Assembly: GCA_964016885.1 (NCBI GenBank)
Contig: OZ024742.1
Coordinates: 225,928,001-225,992,000 of the forward strand
Source: Eledone cirrhosa
Taxonomy: Eukaryota
DNA: 64,000 nucleotides
Reading direction: 5' to 3'
Positions 12,977 through 26,515 of this stretch are shown one piece after another. Under the pieces are notes generated by a model that did no database searches, had not been told where the DNA came from, and worked only from the letters and a program-made list of their open reading frames with translations. Both the position numbers and the translations under genes were made by a program. Numbering within the stretch: the first letter of the stretch is position 1; every line of letters begins with the position of its first letter.

Positions 12977-15900
12977 ATGGAACAATCACCAGCATCATCG
13001 TCCGTACAAGCAGCAATATCCCTGTGGATACTGACATTATGGCCTCATGATCCTACCATTTGGTTCCGATTCATCGAGGCCCAATTTGAGACGCACGATA
13101 TTTCGGCAGACAGGACCAAAATTTCCCATGTTGTCGGGGCGCTTCCTCCTGAGAGCCTGCAGCAGATCCAGGATTTGCTTACAGCACCACCAGGCACATA
13201 TTCTTATGCCACATATAGGTCCGAGCTTATAAAGCGGACATCCATCTCGCAACAGCAACGGATTAATCAGCTGCTTTATTCAGAGGGGTTAAGCGACAAG
13301 AAACCGTCACAGTTCTAAGACGCCTAAAGCAACTATTGGGAGAAAACACCATGGAGCCGGCCATCTTAAAACAGCTGTTCTTACAAAGGCTGCCACCAGC
13401 CACTCGCAGTATTTTGGCGGCCAGTGAAGTATCCACCCCCATCAAGGAGGTGGTGGATTCAGCCAATAGGATCATGGAGGTGGCAGCACCATTGTCACTC
13501 GTGACCCAGGACGCACACACACACACACATCCAATAGTAAGCTCTTTTTCTTCCCCTCTTTCTTCCTCATTTTCTAATTCTTCTCCTTTCTCCTCTTCTG
13601 TTTCGGAGGTGGTGGCGCTCGAGGTTCGGGTGGAAGAACAGGCTGAGCAACTGAACGCTCTTATGGCTAAACTGCAGCTACAACCACACAGCAATGCCAG
13701 CTCAACTCGACGTGCTTCCCATCAGCGCCCACGAGACCCAAGTCGTACTCGAGCGACCGATCCCATGTGCTATTACCACCGTAAATTTGGCGAAAGGGCC
13801 CGTAAATGCCTATTGCCCTGTTCTTTTAGGAGGGGTTTCCATTATGTGGCAGGAAACGACGTGGCCAGGCAGTAATGGCGGCAACTACACCTGGCTCTTC
13901 CAAACCTAGCCGCTTGTTCCACATTAGTGACCGATCAACTGGTGTTCGTTTTCTGGTGGACACCGGAGCTGAGATTAGCATTATACCATCATCCCTGGTG
14001 TCAGGCAGAAACCCACAATAGTCCTTCTCAAGACAATGAACCATTCTGCTAGACCCACATGTGGAGAAAAGTCCTTAACTCTTGATCTTGGGCTCCACCG
14101 ACATTTCCAATGGGGTTTTTGTCATCGCCAAGTTGCCGACTCCGATCCTAGGAGTGGATTTCTTACACCATTTCGGTCTCCTGGTGGACATTAAACACAG
14201 CAGACTGACTGATTCCACCACGGGCTCCAATGTTCGCGGCATCAGCACTAAGGCACCCTCCCTCAGCCCAGTTTTTTTTAACCCAGTGCAGTCCAGCAGA
14301 TACGACACTATCCTATGTAGGCACCCTGATGTCTTGCGCCCGATTTTTAACAGTCGTCCGGTGACCCACAGTGTTACACATCACATCGTGACTGAGTGCC
14401 CTCCAGTATCTTCTAAACTACGGTGACTCGCTCCTGACCGCACTAAGATCACTAAAGCAAAGTTCGATCATATGCTGGAACTGGACATTGTTCGTCCATC
14501 CAATAGCAGTTGGTCTTCCCGCCTTCACATGGTTCCCCAAAAGTCTGTGGGTGACTGGCGACTGTGTGGAGACTATCACTCTCTTAACACACAAACAAAA
14601 CCCGATAAGTATCCGGTGCCTCACATACAGGATTTCTCTGCTACCCTACATGGAGCTAGGGTCTTTTCAAAAATCAACCTCATGGGGGCGTACAACCAGA
14701 TTCCTATTGAACCTGACGACATTCCGAAAACAGCTATTACAACTCCTTTCGGCCTCTTCGAGTTTCTTAGAATGCCATTTGGTTTACGCAATGCTGCATC
14801 GACCTTCCAGCATTTCATTGACACAGTAGTACGTGGTTTACCCTGTGTCTACGCGTATATTGATAATATGCTGGTAGCCAGCACATCCTATGAGGAACAC
14901 GAAAGGCACCTACAATGGTTATTCGAGCATTTTTCTCAGTTTGGTGTCATCATCAACCCCAGCAAATGCCTTTTCGGTGTTTCTTCCCTTGAGTTTCTGG
15001 GACACCACATCGACGCCCCCTCCATGACAAAGTTAAGTCAATTTTGGAGTTTCCCTCTCCTACGTCACTGATGGAAAGTACGTGAGTTCCTTGGCCTCAT
15101 CAATTATTACCGCCGGTTCATTCCTCGCTGTGCAGAATCTCTCCAACCGCTAACAGACATCCTATGGCAGTGCAAACGGCAGAACCAGCTTATCACTTTC
15201 GATGATGCACAAGCAGCCGCCTTTCTGAGAGTAAAGTGGGCCTTAGCAGAGGCCACAATGTTGGTACATCCTAAACCGGACACACCGCTTGGTCTGTTCG
15301 TCGATGCTTCGGATGTCGGGGTTGGTGGCGTCCTCCAACAATGCGACTCAAACTGGCCGAAACAAAGTGTGAGACATTTCCGGCACATGTTAGAAGGTTC
15401 GGTGTTTTCTACTTACACTGACCATAAACCTCTCACGTACGCTCTGTATTCCAAGCCAGACCACCACTCACCTAGAGAAGTGCACCACCTGAATTTTAGT
15501 ATACTACAGATATTCGCCACACTAAAGGTTCAGACAACTCTGCAGCCGACGCCCTTTCTCGCGCACACTTGGGTGCAATGCACACCTCTTTTTCCATCAG
15601 CCTCCGAGACATTGCCGCCACTCAACAGACAAATGGGGAGCTCCTCAAACTCCAAAATTCTCCATCTTCTTCTTCCTTGTCTTTCAAACTCCTCCCTCTA
15701 CCCTTTTCTTCTGGTGGTATCTGGTGTGATGTGTCTACGGGTCACGCGCGCCCTTATGTGCCCCTACAGCATCGACGTTTGGTTTATTCTGCGCTGCACA
15801 ACCTATCGCATCCTGGAGCCAACTCTACCCTGAAGTTAATAACAGCCCGGTTTGTTTGGGTTGGTGTGAACAAGGATGTCCGGGAATGGGCCAGACGTTG

Positions 15901-16889
15901 CGTCCAGTGTCAGAAGGTGAAAATTCACCATCATGTCAGAACTCCTCTGAGAACCTTCGCAACACTGGATGCACGTTTCTAACATGTACACATCGATATC
16001 TTCAGACCACTGCCTCCTCCTCAGGGTTGCATACACCTTGTGACCTGTGTGGACAGATTCTCCCGGTGGCCTGAGGCCATTCCTCTTTCCGACACCACAA
16101 CCGAATCTATTGCCAAGGCATTGGATTTCGTGTTATGGCACACCTTCTACCATAACAACGAACAGAGGCGGCCAGTTCGAATCAAACATTTTTCAAGAAG
16201 TGACACGTCTCCTAGGTTGTAGCCGAACACGTACAACAGCTTATCACCCTGCAGCTAATGGTATGGTGGAACGTTTCCATCAACAATTAAAATCGGCTCT
16301 CAGAGCCTATGTCAACAACAGCAACTGGCTGGAGATCTTACCCCTCATCCTTCTTGGAATTCGCTCCACCGTAAAAGAAGGACTTGGTTTTTTCCCGGCT
16401 GAGCTGGTTTATGGCACGACATTGGTATTACCCGGGCAAATTATTGCCCCAGAGTCTAAATACCCCGCAGATCCAATGAACTATATCCATCGCCTGCGGA
16501 CCTACATGGCAAACCTGCCATCGGTTGCCCCGCACCCTCAAGGCATCACTACGCAAGTTCCATCCAACCTACAGCAACGGATACACATTTTTGTCAGAAG
16601 GGACACTATCAGAGCTCCTTTGCAACCACCATACTCGGGGCCCTACCAAGTACTCAAAAGGACACCCAAACATTTCATTTTGAACATTAATGGAAAGAGG
16701 GATGCTGTCAGTGTCGGCCGGTTAAAAAAAGCTCATGTGGATTTAGATGACCCCTCATCATCAGATCAAATTAACCCAACACCAGTGCTCCCATCCACCA
16801 GCAATCTGAACTCTGTACGAACAACAAGCACTGGATCCGGCCGATGTGTGTACAACAGGCCAGCTCGCTATGCTCAATATGACAAGTAA
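12977..16889 (+). pseudogene. gypsy gag-pol (gag, PR, RT, RNase H, IN) with stops and frameshifts
   Basis: CYYHRKFG gag motif; LVDTGAE; [24 protein letters not shown]; YIDN; YHPAANGMVER; GPY. Confidence 0.9.
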
Positions 16890-17314
16890 CACTCCTCATC
16901 TCATCGATAATTTGTTCATTTTCATTTAATTATTTACTTGTCTTATCTTATAAAGAACATATAACAAAAAAATGTAACAGTTAAAATTAAAAAAAAAAAA
17001 TCTATATCTGGAGATGTTAAAAAATTAAGTTGTGATGGAGACTTTATGGACAAGAACAACAGCTAGTGTGTGGAAGGAGAGAAACAAGAGTTGAACTAAT
17101 ATAAACTTTTTTTTCCTTTGGCCAACAACCTGTCTCGTATATGTGTGTCTATACACCCACATGCTTGCTCTAACTGTATATATATATATATATGGGCCAA
17201 TAATGTGTGTATAATGGTGAATTTATCCTCTCTCTTTGTCTTATATATATATTTATTATTATTTTTTTTCTTTTTAAGTTCATTTTCGTTTTATTTCCAG
17301 GCTGAACAAGGTGT

Positions 17315-17356
<42 letters not shown>

Positions 17357-17526
17357 TATAGATAGGTAAATATACACGGGTGTGTATGATTGTGTATAGA
17401 AGATTATATTAATAAGAGGAATTCCAACTTTGTCTGATTTACTCGTTTTATTTACAATCCTTTAAAATATATATAATGGTATTATAATGAAATAGTATGA
17501 TAGAATATTAAATTCTAAGTGTTAAT

Positions 17527-17565
17527 TGAACAAGTACTTTCATGCTTTCGCAATCTTCAGGTTCA
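17527..17565 (-). ncRNA. Minimal type I hammerhead, family 2, antisense copy
   Basis: minus strand: tgaac CTGAAGA ttgcgaaagcat GAAA gtac TT gttca. Confidence 0.75.
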
Positions 17566-17599
17566 TGATATGTGGTGACAGTCGAGTTAGCAATTTTAT

Positions 17600-19140
17600 T
17601 TGCCACCAGGGCATCAAAAGTGGGACAAGTACAAAGGGGGAGTTTACAAAACAAGGCGTCCTCAATAAGGAGGAGGCAATAACAATATATAAAAATAAAA
17701 TAAAATATAACAAAAAATAAAATTTATAACAAAGTCCTCAATAGAGAGGAGGCGCCTTGGGGGGTCGCACACACCCCCGAAAAAAGTGTGCAACCCTTCT
17801 CCTCAGGAGCACAGAGAAGGGGTGCTCCCTTGGTCTTTCATCTTCCTCACCTATAGTCTGATGTAGAGTGAAGGCCCATTCACACGGGCCATTCTCGCCA
17901 CTTTCACCCATCTTTCATAGAAACGGCTGGGGTGCAGCACCTCTCTCTCCATCCTGATCCTTCTTCCGAAATGATATCGGAAGAAACGGACCAGTTGTTG
18001 GCCAGAGAGAAAGGTGTCTGACCTCAGTCCTTTCAGACGCGTCCACCATACAACCTCTTTCGCCATGGCTATTACGCACAGAAACACTGCCTCTCCTTCG
18101 TTTTTGAAGAGGGGAGGCGGCTTGATCGTTACAATAGACTCGGTGGTCAACCGGATCGGTCTCACCCTTGACAGCAGTTGTTCGACATAGCCCCACAGAT
18201 CGGCAATGCCCGAGCAGTGTACCAATGCGTGTGCAACGGTTTCCTCGTCGCACACGCATCTGGGACAGACCTTTTTCGATGGGTCCCTACCCGGGCGCCC
18301 GTGTCTGTAGAGCCTTTCTCAAACGGGCAGAGCCCTTCTGTAGCATTATTGCCAGGCCAGGGACCTCTGGAAGTTATCCATGGGTCCCGGGCTGAATGTC
18401 CTACTGAACAGGTTGGCCAGTTCGTCTTCCTCCATGCCTAGGGCTTCTCCGAGGGCGTCGTCGCACCTGCTAACCACCAGCCCTCTATAGAATGACGAGG
18501 TGGATTCTCCACTGACAGCCGGGTCCGCCTGCCAGAGAGCCGTGAGCGCCTGGGCACACTCGGTGTGCCAGGCGCCCAGTTTTCTCGGTCTTTGCTTGAC
18601 CCAGGATTGCAGCTCGGTGAGTGAGACGAGTCTGGAAAAGGCTCGCCTCACAAACGGGGCCCACACCGATTGACCGGAGAGGAATACCTGAAGGTGCCGT
18701 AGCCTTAATGCGTGTTTACGTATCATCAGCCACGGCATCCCCAGCCCTCCTTTCGAAGGGTGTTGACAGCAGATGGATCTCCTCACCATAGGAGCCCGCT
18801 TCTTCCAAAGGAATTGGAAGAGTGCGCGCTCCATTTTGGCGAGCGTTTCCCTTGGGCAAGGCACCACGGTCAGGCGGTAGTAGATGACGGACGCTATATA
18901 AGTGTTCGCCACCTCCGCCCGACCTTTCAGGGACAGTTTGCACTCGGCCCACTTCTGGGTCAGTGCAAACACCCTGCTCGTCACCTCACCCCAGTTCTTT
19001 TCCACCTGGAGGTCTGGTCCGAACCAGACCCCGAGCAATTTCACCGGGCCCTCCGTCCAGCGCCCGACAACGCCATCGGAGGGCATCGATCTGCCCCTCC
19101 ACGTGCCGAGTTGCAGACCGATCGACTTGTCCCGGTTCAG
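17600..19140 (-). mobile_element. Tx1/L1-clade LINE 3' fragment (RT C-terminus and zinc finger)
   Basis: VKLLGVWFG, LSLKGRAEVAN, GGLGMP, CDEETVAHALVHC; older + strand relative at 28640-29350. Confidence 0.8.
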
Positions 19141-19368
19141 CTAGATAGATAAATATACACGGGTGTGTATGATTGTGTAGAGAAGATTATATTAATAAGA
19201 GGAATTCCAACTTTGTCTGATTTACTCGTTTTATTTACAATCCTTTAAAATTTATAATGGTGTTATAATGAAATAGTATGATAGAATATTAAATTCTAAG
19301 TGTTAATTGAACAGTCAAGTTTGCAATTTTCAGTTGAAAATTGCAAACTTGACTGTCACCACATATTA

Positions 19369-19407
19369 TGAACCTGAAGATTGCGAAAGCATGAAAGTAC
19401 TTGTTCA
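19369..19407 (+). ncRNA. Minimal type I hammerhead, family 2
   Basis: tgaac CTGAAGA ttgcgaaagcat GAAA gtac TT gttca; 5-bp stem I, tgc-GAAA-gca stem II, palindromic GTAC loop III. Confidence 0.78.
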
Positions 19408-19546
19408 ATTAACACTTAGAATTTAATATTCTATCATACTATTTCATTATAATACCATTATATATATTTTAAAGGATTGTAAATAAAACGAGTAAATCAG
19501 ACAAAGTTGGAATTCCTCTTATTAATATATATATATATATATATAT

Positions 19547-19577
<31 letters not shown>

Positions 19578-19660
19578 ACGTTTAACGTCCGTGTTCCACG
19601 CTTGCATGGGTTTGGACGGGGGTAGTCCCACTTGAGGCAAGAGTAGGTTTTACTATATAT

Positions 19661-22600
19661 TTAGGTAAGGCGGGTCTTCTCTGTTACTGAGTACCGCCAA
19701 AGGTCTCGGTCCAGTGACATTGTCTTGGAGAGGTGTAAGTGTGTGATGTCGGAGTTTATCAGCTCGTCCCAGGTTTTTCTAGGTCTGCCTATTCCGTGAC
19801 TACCGTCTATCTTTATTGCCCTGCACTTTGTTATACAGCTATCGACTTTCATGCGCATCACGTGTCCATACCAACGTAGCCTTCTCTCGAGTAAACAACA
19901 TCTGATCCCTCTTATCTCTAATTTTTTCCTTAGTTCGTTTATGTTTTGCCGTTCACGTATATTACTGTTACACATCCAGCGGAGCATGCAAGCTTCGTTC
20001 CTCTCTAGTCTGCGTATATCCTCTGCACACAATGCCCAGGTCTCACTGCCATGCAGCATTGCTGTTCGGATGCAGGCATCGTACAACCTGCCTTTCATTT
20101 TTAGGGAGAACCCTTTAGCAGCTAATAGTGGTATAAGCTCTCTGAACTTTTTCCAACCAGTTCTGACTCTAGCTACAGTACTTTCAGAGCACCCTCCCCC
20201 ACTGCTGATTTTATCGCCCAGGTAACGGAAGCTGTCCACTATTTCTATAGAACCCTCTGCGCAATTGAAAGAGCTAGTATTTTGTGGGCACTTGCTGCTA
20301 CTTATTGCACCAGAGCACCGGCCACATGTAAAATCTATGTTCTTAGTTAGCTTACCTGTGATCCCACTACATCTTTTATGCACCCATACTTTGCATTTAG
20401 GACATAAAATGGAGTTTCTACCTACGCCTTTCCTACACACCGAGCACGACCATTTCCCAGAAGGGACCGCCGCCTTGTTTTCTTTCCTACAAACTAGTAC
20501 TTTGGTCTTAGCCAGGTTAATTTTAAGTCCTTTTGACTCTAGGCCGTGCTTCCATGTTTGGAATTTCTTCTCTAGCTCGGCCATTGATTCCGCTATGAGT
20601 GTCAGGTCGTCTGCGTATAGGAGTTCCCATGGGCAGCCTGTCTTGAACTCCTCTGTTATAGCCTGAAGGGCAATAATAAATAGTAGTGGGCTGAGAACAG
20701 AGCCCTGATGGACGCCAACTTTTACGCTAAACTCTTCACTATATTCGTTGTTAATTCTAACCTTGCTGACTGTTTCTTTATACATGGCTTGTATAGCCCT
20801 CACAAGCCATTCGTCAACGCCTAGTTTTCTAAGAGCCCACCAGATAATGGAGCGGGGGACTCTGTCCAAGTCGACAAAAGCTAAGTAGAGGGGTTTACCT
20901 TTAGCTAGGTACTTCTCCTGTAGTTGTCGTACTATGAAAAGAGCGTCTGTGGTACTTTTGCCTGACACAAACCCGAACTGCATTTCATCTAGGTCAATTC
21001 TCTCTCTGATTAGTTGCGCTATTACTTTTTCCGTGACCTTCATGACCTGGTCGATTAATTTAATGCCTCTATAGTTACTCCTATCTAGGGCGTCTCCTTT
21101 ACCCTTATAACAGTTAACGATGATGCTGCTATGCCAGTCCTTCGGAACAACCCCATTCTGTACGACTTGGTTAACTATGCGGGTGACCATGGTGTGTCCC
21201 ACCGTGCCAGATGCCTTCAGCATCTCAGCAACTATTTCCGAAGGCCCAGCCGCCTTACCCGTCTTCATATCCTTGATTGCCTTACTTATTATACTCCCCT
21301 CGACTAACACTGCTGGTCCCTCTATTGGGTCGATATGGGGGAGACTGTCTTTCTCCCATTTATTCTCCTCATTTAGTAGCCTTTCATAGTGACACTTCCA
21401 AGCTACCTTCTTATCAGCGTCGGTGATGGCAAGTGTGCCATCGTCGTTTAGTACACACTTCTCCCCGACAATATCACGGTTTTCCTTGACGCATTGCCTA
21501 GCAATCCTGAACACCTCACGTTTTTGGTCATCACGTTGTAGAACATGCTTGAACTTTCTTTCCTCAGCTTCCCTTCTTGCTAAGTACACTTGTCTCCTAG
21601 CTTCCCTCCTGGCCACTTGATAGTCTTCTCTACTTCCCCCATCCCGCCATACTTTCCAAGCCTGCTTTTTGGCCTTAATTGACCCCTCCACCTTACTGTT
21701 CCACCACCATGTTACTCTCCTCCTGCCTACAGGCCTGCTCCAGCCACAGACTTCGTCTGTCGCCAACAGCAGGTTTGCTTTCAGAAATTCCCACTCTCCC
21801 TCTATATTGTCCGACTCTAAATGTTCTTCCTTACTGTCGAAAGCATCAAGTAATATGCTTTGAAATTTATTCCTGGCTGTGGGGTCCTTTAGCTTCCATA
21901 TTTTTCTCCTGAGGATAGTCCTCTTCTGCTGTCGAGTACGTCTCGTCCTGACTATGAGGTCGCTAATTATCAGTCTATGTTGGGAGGTGCATTCTTCATG
22001 GGGGAGGGATTTAGTGTTTACAACAGACACTCTGTCACGTCTTCTGGTAAGGATATAATCTACCTGGCTTGTGTGTTCCCCGGATCTATAGGTGATCAGG
22101 TGATTGTCACGTTTTTTGAAGTTAGTGTTACAGATAGTTAGGTTATTTGCATCACAGAATTCCAGGATTCTGGAGCCTTCCTCATTTCTAGTACCAAACC
22201 CATAGCCTCCATGGATTTCGTCGTAGCCGTCACAATGTTGTCCAACGTGACCATTTAGGTCGCCTGCGATAATTATATAGTCACTGTCGGATATTTGGGA
22301 GGTAGTTAGCATCAGTGTCTCATAGAATCTGTCTTTTATAGTGCCGGGCAGTCCGGATTGGGGTGCGTACGCAGATATTACTGTCACCGTAGTTCTATTG
22401 AGGACAAGTCGTATTTTAATTATTCTGTCGTTCACTCTATTTACGTCTATTATCTTATCTGCCCACTTTTCTGCTACCATGATTCCTACTCCACCCAGCC
22501 CATCGTCGTTTCCCACCCAGAAAAGCTTATAACATCGTTTTTTACCCTCAATGAACCTAGCAGACCCACCCCTCCACCTGGTCTCTTGAATACAACAAAC

Positions 22601-22997
22601 ATCGACCTCCTTACGTTCAAGCATTTCTACAACCTCGTTAGCGCGACCCTTTAGGGTGCCTACATTTATGGTCACCCAGCCCATCATCGTTTCCCACCCA
22701 GAAAAGCTTATAACATCGTTTTTTACCCTCAATGAACCTAGCAGACCCACCCCTCCACCTGGTCTCTTGAATACAACAAACATCGACCTCCTTACGTTCA
22801 AGCATTTCTACAACCTCGTTAGCGCGACCCTTTAGGGTGCCTACATTTATGGTACCAACTCTGAAGTTTTGGATTGCGTTTGGGGGTTGGGGGCGGTGGG
22901 GGGCGGGGGGCGATGGGGTTATGTTAGCCGTCCGCGGTCGAAACAATGAGTGCTCGCATTCTCGTCCAAGAGGTGAATTTGTCTTTATCTTTGGCAT
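19661..22997 (-). mobile_element. Near full-length young RTE LINE ORF (APE endonuclease, RT, PHD finger)
   Basis: INVGTL, IQETRW, GDLNGH, SQHR, QFGF, YADD, CSVC..CPKC..H..C..CGRC; 181-bp internal duplication and 12-nt deletion in RT. Confidence 0.93.
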
Positions 22998-23225
22998 TGT
23001 CGCTTGAGCGTCCAGATTTTTCTCTCTCTCTCCTCCACTCTCCAGGATTCCGCAGTCCATCCATCCATCATATATCGAAAGGCAACCAGGCAAGCGATAG
23101 TATAGGCCTCTGGCTTCTGATTGGTCCGCGTAATAATACTGGTGATGCGTGGGGGCTCTGTTTTATGATTGGTCCACGTAATAACAATGGTGGTGCGTGG
23201 GGGTGGGAGGGAGGGGTGTTGGGTA

Positions 23226-24213
23226 GCTAGATAGAAGGTAATGATTGAATGGGGTCCTTGCATTTAACAAGCGATTAACAAAAATACAAAATTTGTTCTG
23301 TTCAATACGACCAAAAACTTTCGTATTTAATGATTAATAAAAACAAAAAATGTAGTTTGTTTTAGCGATAGATTGGCTATTTGGACTTGATACGAAATAT
23401 GGATTGTTTTGAAAATACGCTAGAATTAGAATTAAAATACGCTAGAATTAGGATTTGTGGAGGAAGAGAAATGAAATCTGTACATTACGTTACATGAATA
23501 TCGTGGGGTATAGAGACAGCAAGCAATGAAATTTGGCGAAGTGAATTCCTATCATATATATATATAGAGAGAGAGAGGGGTGGTGGTGGCCGCATGATGG
23601 TTGTGTGTGTTAGGCGTTTGACCGCCCCATGCCTTCGAAGAAGGAAGAAGGAAAGGATTTTGTTTTTTTGTTTTGAAGATACGCTAGAATTAGGGATTGA
23701 GGTTTGAAAAATACGTTAGGAATTAAGGTTTGAAAATACGCTAGATAGAAGGTAATGATTGAATGGGGTCCTTGCATTTAACAAGCGATTAACAAAAATA
23801 CAAAATTTGTTCTGTTCAATACGACCAAAAACTTTCGTATTTAACGATTAATAAAAACAAAAAATGTAGTTTGTTTTAGCGATAGATTGGCTATTTGGAC
23901 TTGATACGAAATATGGATTGTTTTGAAAATACGCTAGAATTAGAATTAAAATACGCTAGAATTAGGATTTGTGGAGGAAGAGAAATGAAATCTGTACATT
24001 ACGTTACATGAATATCGTGGAGTAGAGACAGCAAGCAATGAAATTTGGCGAAGTGAATTCCTATCATATATATATATATAGAGAGAGAGAGGGGGGGGGG
24101 GGGGGCGCATGATGGTTGTGTGTGTTAGGCGTTTGACCGCCCCATGCCTTCGAAGAAGGAAGAAGGAAAGGATTTTGTTTTTTTGTTTTGAAGATACGCT
24201 AGAATTAGGGATT
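23226..24213. repeat. Near-identical tandem duplication, period about 513 bp
   Basis: 23226-23700 repeated at 23739-24213. Confidence 0.85.
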
Positions 24214-24229
24214 GATATATATATATATA

Positions 24230-25022
24230 TCTCATCATCATCATCATCGTTTAACGTCCATCTTCCACGCTTGCATGGGTTTGGATGGGAGGTTTCCCAC
24301 TTGAGGCAAGATTTGTTGTCCTGCTCGTATAGGACTGTCTGGCGGGTTTTCTACAGTTGGATGCCCTTCCTAACACCAACCACATTTACAGTGCGGACTG
24401 GGAGGTTTTTACCATGTTACCTACACGGCCACATTACAGCGTGGACTGTATGTTTTTTTGTCGTGACACCTACACGTCCTCATTTGTTTCGGACTGGATG
24501 TTGTGGTACCAACATAACTTCACATTTAAGGGGGTGGTGTGGGTGGGTGTGTGTGTGTGTGGGGGGGGGGGGGGTTATTTTGTTAGAGGTGCCTACTGAC
24601 TAGCTTTCGCTTTGTACTTAGGCAAGGCGGGTCTTCTGTATAACTGTGTAGCGCCAAAAGATCTCGGTCCAGTGACATTGTCTTGGAGAGGTGTAAGTGT
24701 GTGAGGTCGGAATTTATCAGCTCGTCCCAGGTTTTTCTGGGTCTGCCTACTCCGTGGCTACCGTCTATTTTTATCGCCTTGCACTTTTTTATACAGCTGT
24801 CGTCTTTCATGCGCATCACGTGACCATACCAACGTAGTCTTCTCTCGAGTAAACAACATCTGATCCCTCTTATTTCTAATTTCTCCCTTAGTTCGTTTAT
24901 GCTTTGCCGTTCACGTATATTGCTATTACACATCCAGCGGAGCATGCAAGCTTCGTTTCTCTTCAGTCTGCGTATATCCTCTGCACACAATGCCCAGGTC
25001 TCACTGCCATGGAACATTGCTG

Positions 25023-25025
<3 letters not shown>
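24230..25025 (-). mobile_element. RTE 3' fragment with 3' UTR, inserted in (TA)n
   Basis: HGSETW...RRLRWYGHVMRM...GRPRKTW. Confidence 0.9.
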
Positions 25026-25089
<64 letters not shown>

Positions 25090-25818
25090 TTGTTTTTTCT
25101 CTTTCGGTAACTTTTTGATTATTGATCGCTGCTCCCGCATTGATCTAGGCGGGGAACTAATGTAGCGATATCTGTCCACACCTTGAGCCCTGGTCAAATT
25201 CTAGGTCACCACCCTTTTGGCGTAAACAAGTTGATACCTGGGCAATCTCTCGAGGCAGGGGACAGAGGAAGCTAGCGATATAAATAGCCGGTACCAGGAG
25301 AGAGAAGGTTCAATCACCACGAGAACTACTACCACTCACTGCAAAGACCAACAAACATTGTCAGGTCACTCGCTGTTTTCCCATCAACAACAAAATAACA
25401 TTGTCAACCTTTGCGACTCGTGGTAACTTATTTGTTGTTCTTTTTGACTGAAGTGGAGTCAACTTTATATCAAAAGTAAACCAGCTATTTGAGTTATTTC
25501 TTCTAACGAACTACCAACTTTGCTTCGCTTCACATATATAATTACATATTACATATGTACTGAAGTGTTGATTGGTAATCAATCAACACATACTCAAATT
25601 TATATATCATCATCATCATCATCATCATCGTTTAACGTCCATCTTCCATGCGAGCATGGGTTAGACGGGAGTTGTGCCACTTGAGGCAAAGTTGGTCGGA
25701 TGACCGCGTCTCGCTCGTATAGGACTATCTGGCAGGCTTTCTATATATATATTCCTACACACACACACACACATACACACACACATGTATAACTGATATT
25801 ATTATTTATCTATTGTAG

Positions 25819-25989
25819 GAATTATCTGTTGACATCAGCGAACATGATCCAAAGAAATTACCCAATGGCATCCTCTATCTATTGAAAGCTGAAATTTGTG
25901 CTCCAACTCTCTGTAATGATGATATTAGTAAAATTTTTGAGGAACATCGCATTTATAAAAGTCTCTCCCAGTGGCAACATTACAACAAA
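25819..25989 (+). CDS. HYDIN: HYDIN exon (phase 0 to 0)
   Basis: ttgtag acceptor, gtaagt donor; ELSVDISEHDPKKLPNGILYLLKAEICAP...IFEEHRI. Confidence 0.87.
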
Positions 25990-26515
25990 GTAAGTGGAAT
26001 CTTGAGAAAATCTTTGAACAGTGAAATATTAACTCAGCTACCTTACCTCTTTTCATACACACTCCTCTTGAAACTACCCCTGGTTTTATAGTACTAAGCT
26101 CTTTGTTTTAACAATTAACATCTTGTAACATGTGAAACCACATTAACAAGACATTCTTGTAATTTTCAGAGCAGCACAATGACTGCATCGCATTAAAAAT
26201 AAAAATCTTCAGTTTACTGCAAATTTCACAGCAATCTGTCCACTAGCAAAGATGCTACAAATATTTGTATTAACAAATCCGATTTTAGATATTTTGTGTT
26301 AAATCATTACACAGTGTTAAGAATTAAAGTGTTTATATTTATCTTAAAGACTTTGATCATAATTTTATGTAAGATCTTATGATTTTACATAAAATTATGA
26401 TGAAAGTTCCAAACACCTGCTTAATAATGGGAAAGTTAGTTATTTTACTAAACCCCTCAAAATTATTTCAAAATCATAGGAAATGACTTTCATTAAAAAT
26501 ATACTAATGGTTAGA

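Larger units (their letters stand above)
12521..25532 (+). mobile_element. Ty3/gypsy LTR retrotransposon with both LTRs and nested insertions
   Basis: LTRs 12521-12906 and 25161-25532 (TG...CA); CATA on both flanks; PBS TGGTGACCC at 12909 (tRNA-Trp-like); purine tract aggcggggaa before the 3' LTR. Confidence 0.92.

Noticed and set aside
19851-22654. Plus-strand ORFs over the RTE, and similar ones over other RTE copies
   Set aside because: Antisense shadows of the LINE reading frame
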